Shown: one piece after another, positions 13,501-26,451 of the stretch
Layout of the letters: each line of letters starts with the position of its first letter
How positions within the stretch are numbered: position 1 is the stretch's first letter
Source of the DNA: Protoeuglena noctilucae
Lineage: Eukaryota
Length of the DNA: 64,000 nt
Direction: 5' to 3'
NCBI GenBank assembly: GCA_958009085.1
Contig: OY253681.1
Coordinates: 310,001-374,000, forward strand
Made by a program: the position numbers and the translations under genes
The notes under the pieces: generated by a model
What the model saw: only the letters and a program-made list of their open reading frames with translations
Database searches by the model: none
What the model was told of the DNA's origin: nothing

Positions 13501-14922
13501 AGTAATATATATATGGATGGATGCGGTGGGGGGACGAGAGGGGGCTGCCGCACTCGGGTGAGGGGTGTGTTGTTGTGGCGTTATTGTGATAGTGATAAGC
13601 AGGTAGTAAATATACAAACGAGCGAGCTGACAGTTACAGACAGTAACTGAACCGCTAGCAGCCTGCCGCACTCCCTCGCTCCCTCGCTCCCCCCAAAGCA
13701 ACCCTCTCCCCCACACCCACACCCCAACCCTCCACACATTCCAACTCCATTCCATTCCAATTTCCCATATCCCATATAAATATATCCCTTTATACATACA
13801 TTTATTACCCTCCTCTCCCCCCCAGCCCGCGAGCACGCCGCCATGCACCGTCGCTGCGTGGCAGTGGAGAGGCCGCCCCCCGCACCCCCCGTGCAACCCA
13901 CGCCGCCCGGGCCGGGCCTGGCGCCCGCGGGGGAGGGAGACGCGGGGATGGGGGGCGATGATGAGGGGGGCAGTGATCTGGAGGAGGGGGTGGAGGCGGC
14001 GCTAGATGTGGTGCAGAAGTGAGGAATGGTGGGGTTGTGGTTGTTGTGTGTTATTGTTCGTTTGTTACTGGGTGTTACTATGTTGTTTGTTGTTACTGTG
14101 TGTTGCTGTGTGGAAGTGTGCTTACTGTGTTGCTTGGAGTGTTAGTATGACTTCTTGCCCCCACTGCCACCCCCACCGCACCCCACCCACCCCTCACTCA
14201 CACCCATGCCACCCCCACGGCACCCCACCCCCACTCACCCCACTCACCCATCTCCACCCCCCCAGGCTCTCCCGAGACCCCTCGTCCGTTTGGTTCCGCC
14301 GCCCCGTCACCGCTGACGAGGCCCCCGATTACGCCACCGTCATTGCGCGCCCGATGGATTTGGGCACGCTCAGGGACGGGGTGCGCAGGGGCCAGTACCC
14401 CGACACGAGCGCGATATGGGCCGACCTGTCGCTGATATGGGACAACTGCCTGGCGTATAATGGGAGCGACCACGACATTATTCCCGTGATGCGCAAGCTG
14501 CGTGCAAAGGCGGAAAGGCTCTGGGACCAGGCGGGGCTGGAGAGGCCCAGGGGTGGCGGTGGCGGTGGCGGTGGTGGGGGTGGCGGGAGGGGCGGGAGGG
14601 GGGGTAGGGTGAGTGGTGGGGTGGGGGTGGGGGTTTGGATGGGGTAGTGTGCACTAGTGTGAAGTGGAGTAATACCCTACTTTGTTTCATGCGACTGTCG
14701 CTTGGTCGGTACATGAAACGATCCTATTATTTTGTGCCACATGATCTTTTACGTTTGCTATACCACGACACCTCACTCCATCTCCCCATCCCCTCTGCAC
14801 AGGGCGGTGGCCGCCGCGGCAGGCGCCGTGGATCGGATGGGTCAATGAGTGAGGGGGAGTGGGGAGGGGTGAGGGGTGGGGGGGGGTCGGGGAGCGACGA
14901 CGGGCAGTCCGATTCAGACTGA
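4577..14922 (+). CDS. Multi-exon BPTF/NURF301/PTM-like chromatin reader: DDT, WHIM1, PHD, CXXC-like, PHD, three bromodomains
   Basis: DDT AYCLLRAFSWQLKLSPFTFAELVEAV (~5340-5430) and LDSVTWPEYL; WHIM1 FYSLSPLVKASILATLCDDLLDT (~6480-6550); PHD CVLCGLGGSLL|CCDGCPASYHMRC..WLCPEC (6730-7020); PHD CVC..CATCGEQYHLDC..FECPRC (11420-11550); bromodomains at ~12203-12712, ~12907-13468 and ~14266-14550. Spans the N gap, so it could be two genes. Confidence 0.75.
10483..10682. other. Assembly gap (200 N)
   Basis: Run of N inside an intron-like stretch of the chromatin-reader gene. Confidence 0.99.
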
Positions 14923-15700
14923 AGGGCTGGGTGGATGGCTGGGTAGAGAGAGAAAGGGAAGGGGAGAAGGGTTGTTTGATTGCGAGCGGATGGCTGGCTG
15001 GGTAGAGAGCGGGAGTGATGGGAGAAGGGTTGTCTGGTTGGGAGCGGATGGCCGGTTCTGCTGAAAAGCGGGAGTGGGGGGGGTGGGAATGGGGTTAGTC
15101 AGACTGTGAGTGAGAGCGGGGTGGATCGTGAGCGACGGGCGGCTGCAACTATCGGGGCTGCTGTGAGCGCCGGCAGCTATCACGACTGTCCCAACTGCTG
15201 TGTCCCGGACCATAAGAGCTGGCATGGGAGACTGTGGGGTAGCAGCTACCGTTGACGGTCGCAGTGGGGTGGTGCTTGACGAGTGAAATAGCGAGCGGGC
15301 CCGTGCATGGATGGCTGTCAATCGTTGCGGCTGTGGTGTGGCTGCGGTGGGCAGGTGTCGCGGCAGCTGCTAGTGGCCGCCAGAGCGGTGCGCGGACCAG
15401 TCCAGACTGTCTAAGCGAAGCGTGGTGGTTTGAATTGAGAGGCGTGGTGGTTGGGATTGGCTGCTTGCGTAGCGTACGGACACATGGACACAAAACACAC
15501 ACCGACACAAGCGTGTGCTAATTGCGTCGCGCTAGTTCCAACGACGTCATTCAAATCACACCCGCGCCTTTACCAGGCCCTCAGCGGCAGCTCGTGGGAT
15601 CGCATAGACCCTTTCCATGGCACAGCGTTCCGACACAAGCGCTTACTAGACATGTTACGCGACGCCGAACCATTCAAATCACAAAGACCCCCTGCCCCCT

Positions 15701-17412
15701 TCACCATGCCCTCAGCGGCAGTTCGTGGGATCGCATAGACCCCTGCCCCCGAATGACGATACGGTCAGCATAGAGCTCCACCACCCCGTGACACGGGGCA
15801 CCCACGGGGGCCTCCAGTGCGCCCTCTACGGTCACGAAGTGACGGCCGTCCTGATATGGGGGGGACACGGGGGTGGGGGATGAGGTCATGGCAGGTGGGT
15901 CAAGGATGGGTCGCTAGTGTGACTGTGACTGATGGATTAGTATGGGTCAGTATGGATGGATATTATGAGTGATGAAAGCAGCGACAGGTTGAGAAGACAT
16001 GGACCAGCAGCAGTACCGCAGCCCCACCCCACAAACGCCCACCCCATTACACACCCCATCGTACCGCTCTCACCCTGCACGCCTATCCCCCCAGGTGGTC
16101 GTGCCCGCACAGCAGCATTGGAAATGCAGACTATGCAAAACATCAGAAATGCAAATCATGCAGTCATATAATTATGCAATCAGTTCTCACCATGCACGCG
16201 TATCCCCCCAGGTGGTCGTGCCCGCACAACAGCACCGCAAAGGCGGGGGAAGCGAGGAGCGTGGATGCCACTGCCTCCCCGTCCCACGCGCGGTGCATGG
16301 AGCGGCTCTGGCCATCCATCACTGCAAGAAACGAAGATCACGAGGTGGATGAATGATTAGGGGATTGGAGCATGATGCAGTGGCATGTGCACGCGCGGTG
16401 CATGGAGCGACTCTGGCCATCTACAGGGCAGTGCTTGCTTTGCAAACTGACAATGCAGAGTGGCTGTGCATAGCGGCGTCGGCATCCACATCATCCACGT
16501 CAACCTCAGCTCGCGAGAGATGCTCATGGCACTTTGCTCCTCGCCTGGGTGGTGAATAGTAACGAGTACACGGTCTCGGTGCGCCTCCGCCTGACTCAGC
16601 TCCTCTTTCAACCAAACAAGCTGAGCACGGCCCACGCCACCGTTGTACGGCTGCCTGCGTCGGTGGAGAGACGAACTCAGGGTCACTTGCAAGACGCTGT
16701 AGCAGGGCGTTGCGGCATCTACATGTGGCACAGTGGGTGAGGGACATACACCGTTTAATAGGTGTATGCGCCACAATGTGCTATGACTCGACAGCACGTA
16801 CATGCCCCCTCGCCTGTGCACCTCCCCCTCGTGCGCGTCCCACCACTCCTTCCACTCCCCATCCTCCACGTCGTGCGTGCGGAAGGGCTCCATCAGAGGG
16901 TGACTCAGCGCGGTGCTATCGAGGACAATCAACCGCCAGCCGGGGCACAGCTGCTGGCTGAAGTAACACCGCTCCATGCCCAGCCGCGTCATCACGGCCT
17001 CGCGCGGGGCCTGCAGGCAGTGGTTCCCGAACACAAAGACCTTCGGGTGCCGGATACGGTCGAAGAGGGCCGCGGATACCTCCAGGTCGGCCAAACTGCG
17101 CCGTTTCCGCTCCTCCAGGGGCATCGCGGGGTCCCAGTGGCCGTCGATGATGTCGCCCAGGTGCAGCACCACTTTCAAATCCTCCTGTGAGTGTCGAAAA
17201 ATCGCGCGATGATTGAACGGGCGGGCCCGCTGCGGCCCGCGCGTCGAGATTCCCCGTCCCGCACGCACCTTGGCATTCAGGTCATCGACGGCGCGCTCGA
17301 GGACGTGGCGGGCCTCGCGGAAACGAAAGACCGACCCTTCCCACTCGCGGTCGTCCTTGTCCGCATACTGCACGTCGGTCAGGAGGCCCAAACGGGCCTG
17401 CAGACCGGACAT
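15701..17412 (-). CDS. ADPRM: Mn-dependent ADP-ribose/CDP-alcohol diphosphatase (calcineurin-like metallophosphoesterase)
   Basis: GLLTDVQYAD, LHLGDIIDG, FGNHC, YNGGVGRAQLVWL, HHP, LCGHDHLGGY (16200-16236) and HFVTVEGALEAP motifs across about 6 exons. Confidence 0.85.
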
Positions 17413-17632
17413 GGCTCTCGAGTCGTCGCGAGCAAGCTAAAACGCCTCTCAAGATCACGCTGCACCTAGAATTGCGGACGAAGAGCATGATGAGGGCGAA
17501 CAGGAAGCTTCAAGCGCAGCGGGGGCGTGAAATGCATGCCAGTTTTATTTGCGCCAGCACATTGCACGAGAAGCGCGCAGCGGCAAGCAGCCGCGACACT
17601 GTGAGCATGCGCTGCTAGTTGTAATCTTCCCA

Positions 17633-19362
17633 TCACATGCTCTTCTCGCCGCCCCGGTTACGCGCGCCCCTCGGAGGGGCACGCCTCCTCCCTGCCTCTG
17701 GGCGCGGCCCGCGCTCCTGCACGCTGAAGCTCTGCCCCGCGAACAGATCCATCACGTCCTCGTCCAGGTCCTCCTGGTCAGCTCTGCGCGTGCGGGGAGG
17801 ACTTGCCGTGTGAGAGCGAACAGAGCGTCCTTGCAATGCCGCTGCATGGATATATAACAAAGAGAATGCATCGCCTGACTTCCGTCATGCGCATGCGCAC
17901 CTGTCCGTGGGCAAGCTGCCGCGCATCGGATCGATGGACGCGCGCTTGGGCGACGTGTAGGCCGCCTTCCCCTCCGTGCCCTCCGTCCAGTCCTCATTCA
18001 CGCCGCCGATGGCTGCGAGCAAAAGAATAGCGCGCAATTAGTCGCTTTTGCAAGGTAAAAAGAGGCATCGGACACCTCGCGAGGCGCAGGGCACCCGCAG
18101 CATGCGCCCTCACCGAGGGTGCGTATGCCCGAATACTCCTGGCTGAAGTGCGACATGGCGTTGATGAGCACGTCCAGCGCCATCTCGTCCGCGGTGCCCA
18201 TGTCCACCCAGAAGCGGCACCACTCCCCCCGCGTCTCCACCTCCGACACCTCGTGCATGAACCCTGGGGGCACAGCAGGGCAGCAGAGAGGCGTCATAAA
18301 TTTGCATGATATGCGCTCATCGCAGCGAACCCGCACAGTCCACTGAGCGTCTCTGGTAGCCAGCCAGCCTCGTCGGCATCACCACTGCAAGGCTCGCGCC
18401 CCTTGCAGCTGCCCTGTGATGTACACAGCCTCCTGCGCAGCTGCCCTCGCCTGGCAGCTTGCGGTCGAGGTCGTTCATGTCGTAGCGCGTGTGGCTGATG
18501 TCCTCGGACGCGCGGAAGAAGAGCTGCAGGTTGGAAGAGTTGAAGCCCCCGAGCTTGCCCAGCATAAACCAGGACTCGACCACCGCCGAGAGCATCTCCA
18601 CTTCCTGCGATGCGATACGCGGGTAAAGCACGCATAAGCGGAGGTTATTGCGCGCACGGGACCGCGGACGTTTCATTGCTGAGCATTATTCTCGCCTTCT
18701 CGCTGGGGGCGTTCCACATCCGCAGCCAGATCCACAGATTCATCGTGTCAACCTCTCGAATGATGACCTCGGTGGGCTCATCCGTCCCCTTCCGCGCCTG
18801 CTCAAGCCGCTGGGCCGCCCTGAGGGGCGAAAAGAGAGGCATGATGTCTGCGGTCCTGCCGCGCCAGCCTAAAGCTCCGTCGCGCACGATTCGCGCGTCC
18901 ACACCTGTCGTTGGCGTCCCTCATCTTGGCGCGGATCTTCTCAGGGTCCCCGTCCGTGCCAATCAGCACCTGCGGGCCCGGCCAACGATGTGCACGTCGG
19001 TCATCCCCCGGACCGCCCGTAGACACGACGGCTCGAGCATTCCGGCACCTCCGCACCTCCTTGACCTCTTCGTCGAACTCCGCGTCCTGGTAAAGGTCCT
19101 TGACCCAGTCGGGGGCGTTGGCAGGCGGCACGCCCAGCTCGGGTGGGGGAACCGGCCCAAACTCCGCGCCCTGGCCGCTCAGGGATTGCACAGGAAACGG
19201 AGAGGAAGCCTGACGCCCGTGGGTGTCGCGCACGGGAATGGAAGCGAAGAAACGCGAAGTCGCTGGGGGCGGCAAGGACCGGCCGCCAACGACAGTGGGG
19301 CGGAGCGAAGGCGCGGGCGTGCGGCCCGACGTCGAGCACAGCGCTGCACAACAGCTCGTCAT
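17633..19362 (-). CDS. DUF3531-family protein (cyanobacterial/plant), with transit peptide
   Basis: Spliced segments EVIIREVDTMNLWIW, VVESWFMLGKLGGFNSSNLQ and MHEVSEVETRGEWCRFWVDMGTADEMALDVLINAM. Confidence 0.8.
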
Positions 19363-19754
19363 AGCAGACGGGAAGGTTGGCAGGCCCAGAGGGAGGGGCA
19401 AACGCGGCCTGGGCGCCGTCAAGCAGCGAGAAAAAGGACGACAAAAAGTACGGGATGCGCGGGCTGCAGCGGGGTGCCGATGCGATGTTACGAGGTCGAT
19501 GAATGAGGTAGTGCATGCGGGACCGCCATTCGACTCGACTTGGTCGCCGCCAGCGGAGGTGCACCAACACACGCTGCCTGGCACGCGTCAGCGCCTCCAT
19601 TTGGGGCTGTTCTCACGGCCATTTCCGCTCTTCGGGGACGTCGTCACTGACATCAGCGCGCACCACCCTTTCGGCGCCACCTACGCTCAGGCTCGCGTCC
19701 TTTGCCCAGTGGACGTCCGCGCAGTAGGGCGCGCTGCGCCCGCCCCTGCCGACC

Positions 19755-22700
19755 ATGGCCTGCGCCACCCAGGCGTTGGGCCGGCTATCTCTCTCGTCCA
19801 GGACTCGCCGACCTCTCGGCACGCGGAGCTTCGGCCAGCGCGCCAGCAGCCGTCGCGCGGAGGATGGCGAGTGCCTTGGTCCTGTGCCTGCTCGATGTCG
19901 CGGGTCCTGCCCCACCATGGCTGGCGATCGCGCTGTCGCTATCGATCAGTCACGCCGAACGCTGCGCCGGCGCAGTCCCTGCTTTCCATCGCGCGGATTC
20001 CTGCGATCCATTGCGTGTGCGTCTTCCCTCGCAGCACGCGGGCCGATGAGGGCGGATCCTCACGCCCGCTCGCGCATCCGATTGCCGCCGTCGCGCTCCG
20101 TCAGCGGGACCGCGGACATACCCGGCATGGAGGGCACCGCGCTGTGCACCTCGCTCACGGCTACGACGGTCGACGGGCAGGCGAGGGGCGGCCCGACGCC
20201 CATGATTCTCCGTGCGCGAGCTGTATATGCTAGCCATAAACGTGCTGCGCCACGTCGCGGCCCGCGAGGAGTGGCTCGCAGGCTACGGCCTGGCGCCATC
20301 GCCCGCAAGCTGCGTCGGCTTGAGGGCGCGCGCCCGCGGGCTCCGCAGATCGCGGAGATGAAGGAGGCGATTCAGAATGGCGCGGATATTGTGGAGATTC
20401 GTCTGGATTTCATCCAGGACCTGGACGCGGCGGGGGACATCCCGCGTCTGGTGCAAGCGAGCGACCTTCCCTGCATCGTCACGTTCCGGCCTTCCTGGGA
20501 GGGCGGGCGCTACGAGGGGGACGAGGCGGAGCGTCTCGCTGCGCTCCGGTGGGCCTGCGAGGCCGGTGAGCGTCTGCTAGCTTCGCAGACGGCAGCGATG
20601 CGAGCGATGTGCGAGGTGCAAGCGCCACGCATGGCTTGCCACCCACGCTCCCGGCCACTCCGCCTCGCTACGCAGGCGCCGAGTTCGTCGATGTGGAGCT
20701 CCGCGTCGCTCAAGTGTTCTTCCGCGCCCCGGGCGACATGCCAGAGACGACGGCAGTCATCGTCTCCCATCACGACTACGAGGGCACGCCAGAGGACCCG
20801 GTGACAGTGTGTGTGGGTGTATGGGTATGTGGGTGTGGATATGTGGGTGCGGGGGTGTGGATGCATGTGTGGGTGTGTGGGTGTGGGTGTGACTGTGGGG
20901 GCATTAGTGTAAGTAGTACTACTCTCACCCTGCCCTCTCACCCTGCCCCTCTCCACTCTGACTCACTCACGCCCGCCACCGCCTGCCCTGAAGGTCCTGC
21001 AAGCACTGCTCCAGGCGATGTGGTCTGTGGGCGCCGACGTGGTGAAGATCGCCACCACCGCCCGCGACGTTTCTGACGCCCGGCGTGTTCTGGCGCTGCT
21101 GGAGGGCCGGCAGGGCCCGACCATCGCGCTGGCGATGGGGGAGCGGGGGGTCGCCACGCGCATCCTGGCGCCCAAGTTCGGGGGATTTCTGACGTTTGGG
21201 GCGCTGTCTCCCGAGAGGCAGAGCGCCCCGGGGCAGCCCACCATCGCCGAGCTGAGGTGAGGGGGGCATGGTTGGGATGCGATGGGGTGTATAGGGTGGG
21301 GTGGCTTGAGCTGAGGTGAGGGGGGATGGATGGGGTGGATGGGGTGTATGGGATGTGTGGGGTGGGGTGGCTTGAGTGTGGTGCATGCGTGTCTGCTTAG
21401 ACCCATGCTGCCTCGCATTCATCCACACCATGCCACAGCCCTATGTCATTTGCTTTGCATCGTTATGCTCAACATTCCCCTCAATCCATGCGCATCTCTG
21501 CAGGGACCTGTACCGCCTCAAGTCGATGAATGCCGACACGCGCGTCTACGGCGTGGTGGGCAACCCCGTGTCGCAGTCCAAGTCTCCCGCCATCCACAAC
21601 CCCGCGTTTGCGAAGGAGGGAGTCAATGCGGTGTACCTGCCTTTCTTAGTCGACGATTTCGGTGCTTTCCTCCAAGCCTACTCCGACCCACACTTCGCCG
21701 GTGAGTGGTGGCAAGTAGCCTCAAAATTGCAGCCGGCGATGCGGCATAGCGGCCCCATGTGATGATCCCAACCATTATGTAACATCTGCCAACACATGTA
21801 TCACTCAAGTACTGCATTGCAGTATCCAGTACCACCCATCCTTCTTCAACCCCCCCAGGCTTCTCCGTGACCATTCCCCACAAAGAAGTGGCGCTGCGGG
21901 GCGCGGATCGCATGGACGAGGTGGCGACGAGGATTGGGGCATGCAACACGCTCGTGAGACAGCCAGACGGGGGACTGCAGGGGTACAACACCGATTGGGC
22001 GGCGGCGCTGGATGCCATTGAGAGGGCTGCGAGGCGAAAGGTGAGGGAGATGGGGTGTGGGTGTGGGGGTGTGTGGGTGCAGGGTGGGGGTTGGGGTGTG
22101 GGTGTGGGTGTGGGTGAGGGTGTGGGTGGGGGTGTGGGGTGTGGGTGAGCATGTGGGTGAGATGGGAGGTGGCCATGCATAAGCCATGAATGGTCCATGG
22201 CTGGTGTCATAAACACACCGTATGATAAGACACAAAGTCCTCTCATCATCCCCACCCATTCCGCACCCCCAGTGGGGCGACTCGCCTCGCCCGCTCGAGG
22301 GCCGCACGGTGGTGGTGCTAGGGGCGGGGGGTGCGGCGCGCGGCATCGTGTTTGGGGCGGCCAGCCGTGGCGCTGCCAAAGTGATCGTGGTCAATCGTAC
22401 GCGCGAGAGAGCGGAGGCGCTGGCGGCGGAGGTGGAGCCGGCCGGGGTGTGCACCGCCGCGAGCCCAGAGGACCTGGACTCTGGCGGCGTCACTGGCGAC
22501 GTTCTGGCAAACACAACGTCGGTGGGTATGACCCCCAAAGTGGACGACTCGCCGGTTCCTGCGGGCGTGGCGGCGCGGTTCGGTGTGGTGTTTGATGCGG
22601 TGTACAACCCCCGGTTCACGCGGCTGCTGCGGGAGGCAAAAGAGGGGGGGGCGGAGGTGGCGGACGGGGTGGAGATGTTTGTGGGGCAGGTGAGGGGGGG

Positions 22701-23026
22701 TGGAGAAGGGAGGGGGTGTGATGGAAACGATAAGTGTGAGGGTGGAGATGTTTGTGGGGCAGGTGAGGGGGGTAGGGGGTGGGGGATGATGTACGAGAAG
22801 GTAGAAATGCACTGGTGAGGGTCTGTTGCAGTCTATCTAGGGCAGTGTGGAGGGGCTGGGGTTGTCGATGACTGATGGCAGAACCGACCATATTGCCTGT
22901 TGCATCACACAAACAACCGTGTGTTTTTGACCCCCCCAGGCCGCTGCTCAGTTCAAGTACTTCACCGGGAAGGATGCCCCCGTGGATCTGATGACAAGGG
23001 TCGTTGAGGAGTCGCTGGCCAAGTGA
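19755..23026 (+). CDS. aroDE: Bifunctional 3-dehydroquinate dehydratase / shikimate dehydrogenase
   Basis: GADIVEIRLDFI, TFRPSWEGG, IVSHHDY, VKIAT, LAMGERG, SAPGQPT (type I DHQase); GNPVSQSKSPAIHN, SVTIPHK, GACNT, GYNTDW, GAGGAARG, NTTSVGM, DAVYNP, GVEMFVGQ|AAAQF (SDH). Stop TGA at 23024-23026. Confidence 0.95.
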
Positions 23027-23639
23027 CGCTCTTTGTGTCACTTTGATCGAGATCCATGGTGGGGTTTGTAATGGGATATCAGAAAGGGAGTAGGAGAGGG
23101 GTATGGGGTGTGGGGAGGGTTGACCTAGTGACGGGGGCTGTTGTTTGGCGTGGGTGGGAGTGGGTCGGTTGAACGAGAGGGGTGACACGAATGAATCGAT
23201 ATCGACGGGTGTCCGCGCTTCAACAGCGACGCTCGGGGAATGGTCAGTCACACTGCGCCCATCACGCGTGAAATGCCCAGAGCCGCTTCTAGAGTTGCAT
23301 GGCCAACCGCTTTGCGTGCCCAATGCAGCATCGCCGGCCCCACCACCGCCACACACCAGCCCTCATGCTATGCCCTTCTCACCCCATCCCTCAAGATCCT
23401 GCACCTTTTAGATGAGCACGAAGCTGTGCACGCATCACACTCCCCAACACCCCCACGCCCTCGCTCCTGCACCCTCCCATCACCACACACCGACACCTTC
23501 ACACCCGAACCATCCCACCCACTCCCCTCACGCATGCACCTTTCATAACCTCACACGGACCCCCTCACTCCTGCACCACTCCCTCACTCCTGCACCTTCC
23601 CACCCCACCCCACCACCCCGTCACTCCTGCACCACTCCC

Positions 23640-26211
23640 TCACTCTTGCACCTTCTTAATGAGCATGAAGCTGTGCACGTAGTCCATCCCGAAGTTCTCC
23701 GGGTCTTTGGCCGCCTCCGCCTCCATCCTCTTAAACAGCTCGTCGCTCAAGGCGCGGCGCTGGTCGGGGGAGCGGGAAGAATCCAAGGCAGACTCGAAGG
23801 TGGAGTTGGACCAGGTGCTGCGAGGATAATAATGAGAATTACTATCATTGGGATCTGAGAAAGTAGAGTTGGACCAGATGCTGCGAGGATAATAATGAGA
23901 ATTACTATTATTGGGATCTGAGAAAGTAGAGTTGGACCAGATGCTGCGAGTGAGTGGTAGTGGTGAGAGTTAGTATCAATACCAACATAGCCAATGGTAG
24001 TAGCGGTAAGGGTTGGTATCGATACCACGGTAACCAACTCAACTCAGCAATGCCGCCATAGTCAAATCAACATCCCATTCCATACACAGCCACATCCCTA
24101 CCCTATCACTCGCAACGCACCGGAACGTGGGGATCATCCACTTGGCGTGTGCCGCGGGGTCTCCCTTGTTAGCCCGGTAAGCCTCTCGGAAGGGGCAAGG
24201 CGTGACCACGAAGGAGTGGTGGAGCAGGCGCAAACCCGCATTATGCACGGCGCCGCCTGCAGTGAGATGAGAGGGTTGGGATGTGCTGTGCGGGGGGATG
24301 AGACGTGATGTGCTGCGCTGTGTGTGTGGGAATGAGACGACCCAAGCCCCACATTCCCCACTACCCATCACCCCACCCATCCCTACCCCCCTCACCGTCC
24401 GCAAAAACCCCCACTACCCACCGCACCTCATCCCACCCAGTCCCCGCCCACACCCAACTCCCCTCACCCTCCGCGAACGCCCCCACCGCCTCCTCCTCCG
24501 TCCGGTAGTGGTTGCAGAAGGTCGTCCTCTCATACTCCTCTTTGCTAATCAACCCCTCCTCCGCCATGCCACGCCACAGACGGTCCATCGTGTCATACAT
24601 CCCGGGACCGATGTCGGTCTTGCCCAGCCACCACCCGCGGGGATCCTCGGCGAAGTTGGCGATGACGAGGTGACCCCCCGGGCGCAGCTCGCGGGCGCGG
24701 GAGAGGAGAATGGACTCGAAGTCACGGGCCGCCTGCTCCTTGAACTTGGCCTTCTCGGTGCCCGTCGCCTGCGGGGGTGTGTGTGTGGGTGTTGGGCGTC
24801 GGTTGGACATCGGTAGTGCGCTGTGTGCAGCTTGGCCTTCTCGGTGCCCGTGGCCTGCGGGGGTGCGTGCGTGTGTTGTGTGGGTGTGTGGGTGTGTGTT
24901 GAGGGTTTCAGCATCGATGCTGACTTATGTGCAACGTGGCATGCTCGGTGCCTGTGGCCTGCGGGTGTGTGTGGAGGTGGGGGTGTCTGGCGTTGAGTGC
25001 TTGAGCATCGATGCTGAACTATATGCAGCTTGGCCTTCTCGGTGCCCGTCGCCAGGTGCAGTGGCTTAGTACTACCAAGCGTATGCAGTACCTACATGTA
25101 ACGACATGTATACTCGCCTGCGTGGAGTGGATGCCGGTGGAGATGGTGCAGGGGAGCTTGGAGAGCCAGTGCATGGCCGTGAAGGAGACAGAGAGGTCGA
25201 CGGAAGAAGAGGGGAAGGCCTGCTGGAAGAAACTGGTGCCGCTGCGAGGGTGGAGTGGTTGTGGCATGTGAGTGGGTGATGTAAGGGAGGTTGATGATAG
25301 CTGTAGCTGCCGTGGGTGGCAGTGGCATGTAAGAGGTGAGGGAGGCGATGGCGCTTGTATGAGAGGGTGAGGACGGCTAAGGCAGGCTGTGATGCGAAAG
25401 CAGTGCTGAGCGACCACACAGTACATAGTCTATCGTCGCTGCTCCCCGCATCTCACCTGGCCACCACAAATACCCCGGGGTGCTTGGTCAGCGGATCCAC
25501 GCCCCCCTTGACGCCCTCCACAGGCCGGATGCCCTGCGGCGGTGGGAAAAGGCTTGGCTTTGCAATTGCCATGCTCGCACCGAAGCATGCTGAAGTGCAC
25601 TGCCGCCATCCGTCGCGCCGCCCGGCGCCGCGGGCGGATAGCACGATGAATGCCTCGCCTGGGTGTGGAAGAACAGGCTCTTGAAATCGCCGTTCGGCTG
25701 GTCCTCGTAGCAAATGCAAATCTCCTTGCTGGGACCCGCCTTGGCCCGCACCGCCTCCACCACGCGGTGCATCAGGGGCAGCGAGGTGCCGCCGTCTGCA
25801 GTGCCGAAATCCGCGATCGTGAAGGGACCGGCGCCGGCGAGCGGGGTCTGCGGGGAGCCGCGGGGGGAGGGCTATCGGCTTCGCGGCCACTTCGGGAGCC
25901 GCTGCGCGTCCGGCTGAAGCCCGCCGCGCTCGCGCGGTCAGCGCCGGGTGCAAGATAACATGGTGGTTTGCAGACGCTCCGAATCGCCGGCTCATCTCGC
26001 GAGGCCAGGCGCGCCGACGGTGCTGAGTGGGCATGAGTGGCCCCCTACACACGGCGAGCGCACACCGCGGTCGTACCTCCTCCAGGGCGCGCATCACGAG
26101 CTGCGTTGCATTCTCGATCACAGTGAAGCATCCGCGAGTGGCGATGGAGTAGAGGCCTTCTCCGTCCGCGCCAAGCGGCACGTGAACTTTTCCGAAGGCG
26201 TCCTGCGTCAT
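23640..26211 (-). CDS. SABATH (Methyltransf_7) SAM-dependent methyltransferase
   Basis: Spliced model: MTQDAFG...GEGLYS, FTIADFGTADGGTS, YEDQPNGDFKSLF, SGTSFFQQAFPSSSVDLSVSFTAMHWLS, QAARDFESILLSRARELRPGG, IPTFRTWSNSTF, GMDYVHSFMLIKKVQE*. These are the hallmark SABATH motifs. Confidence 0.9.
23803..23950. repeat. 63-bp tandem repeat (~2.3 copies) overlapping the last splice acceptor of the SABATH gene
   Basis: gagttggaccag(g/a)tgctgcgag starts at 23803, 23866 and 23929; the first two copies continue gataataatgagaattactat..tgggatctgagaaagta. Confidence 0.9.
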
Positions 26212-26451
26212 GACGAACCCGTGGTGGCTACCGACCGCCGAGACGACGTGCTATCGACCCAAGCGTGTCTGCAGATGGAGGAGGGGCGGCGCGGTATCTC
26301 AGCAAGCAAGATCCCCCAGGTCAGACAGCCAGTGTGCCCGTGTGCCCGAGATGCGATCCACCCGTTGCGCTTTCCCTTCCCCAGTCGGGTCCCACGCCTC
26401 GAAACCCACCTGATTTCCATAGGTGGGTGATCGAACCGCCTCAAGATCATC
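26212..26451. promoter_or_regulatory. Putative bidirectional promoter between the SABATH gene and the dehydrogenase-oxidase fusion gene
   Basis: Only 240 bp separate the two divergent ATGs (26211 on -, 26452 on +). No specific motif identified. Confidence 0.5.

Noticed and set aside
19755..23026. aroDE as part of the methyltransferase cluster
   Set aside because: It is an ordinary housekeeping shikimate-pathway gene, convergent with the SABATH gene, and no biochemical link is needed.
23803..23950. 63-bp repeat as a CRISPR array
   Set aside because: The units are contiguous with no unique spacers, there are no cas genes, and the context is a eukaryotic intron.
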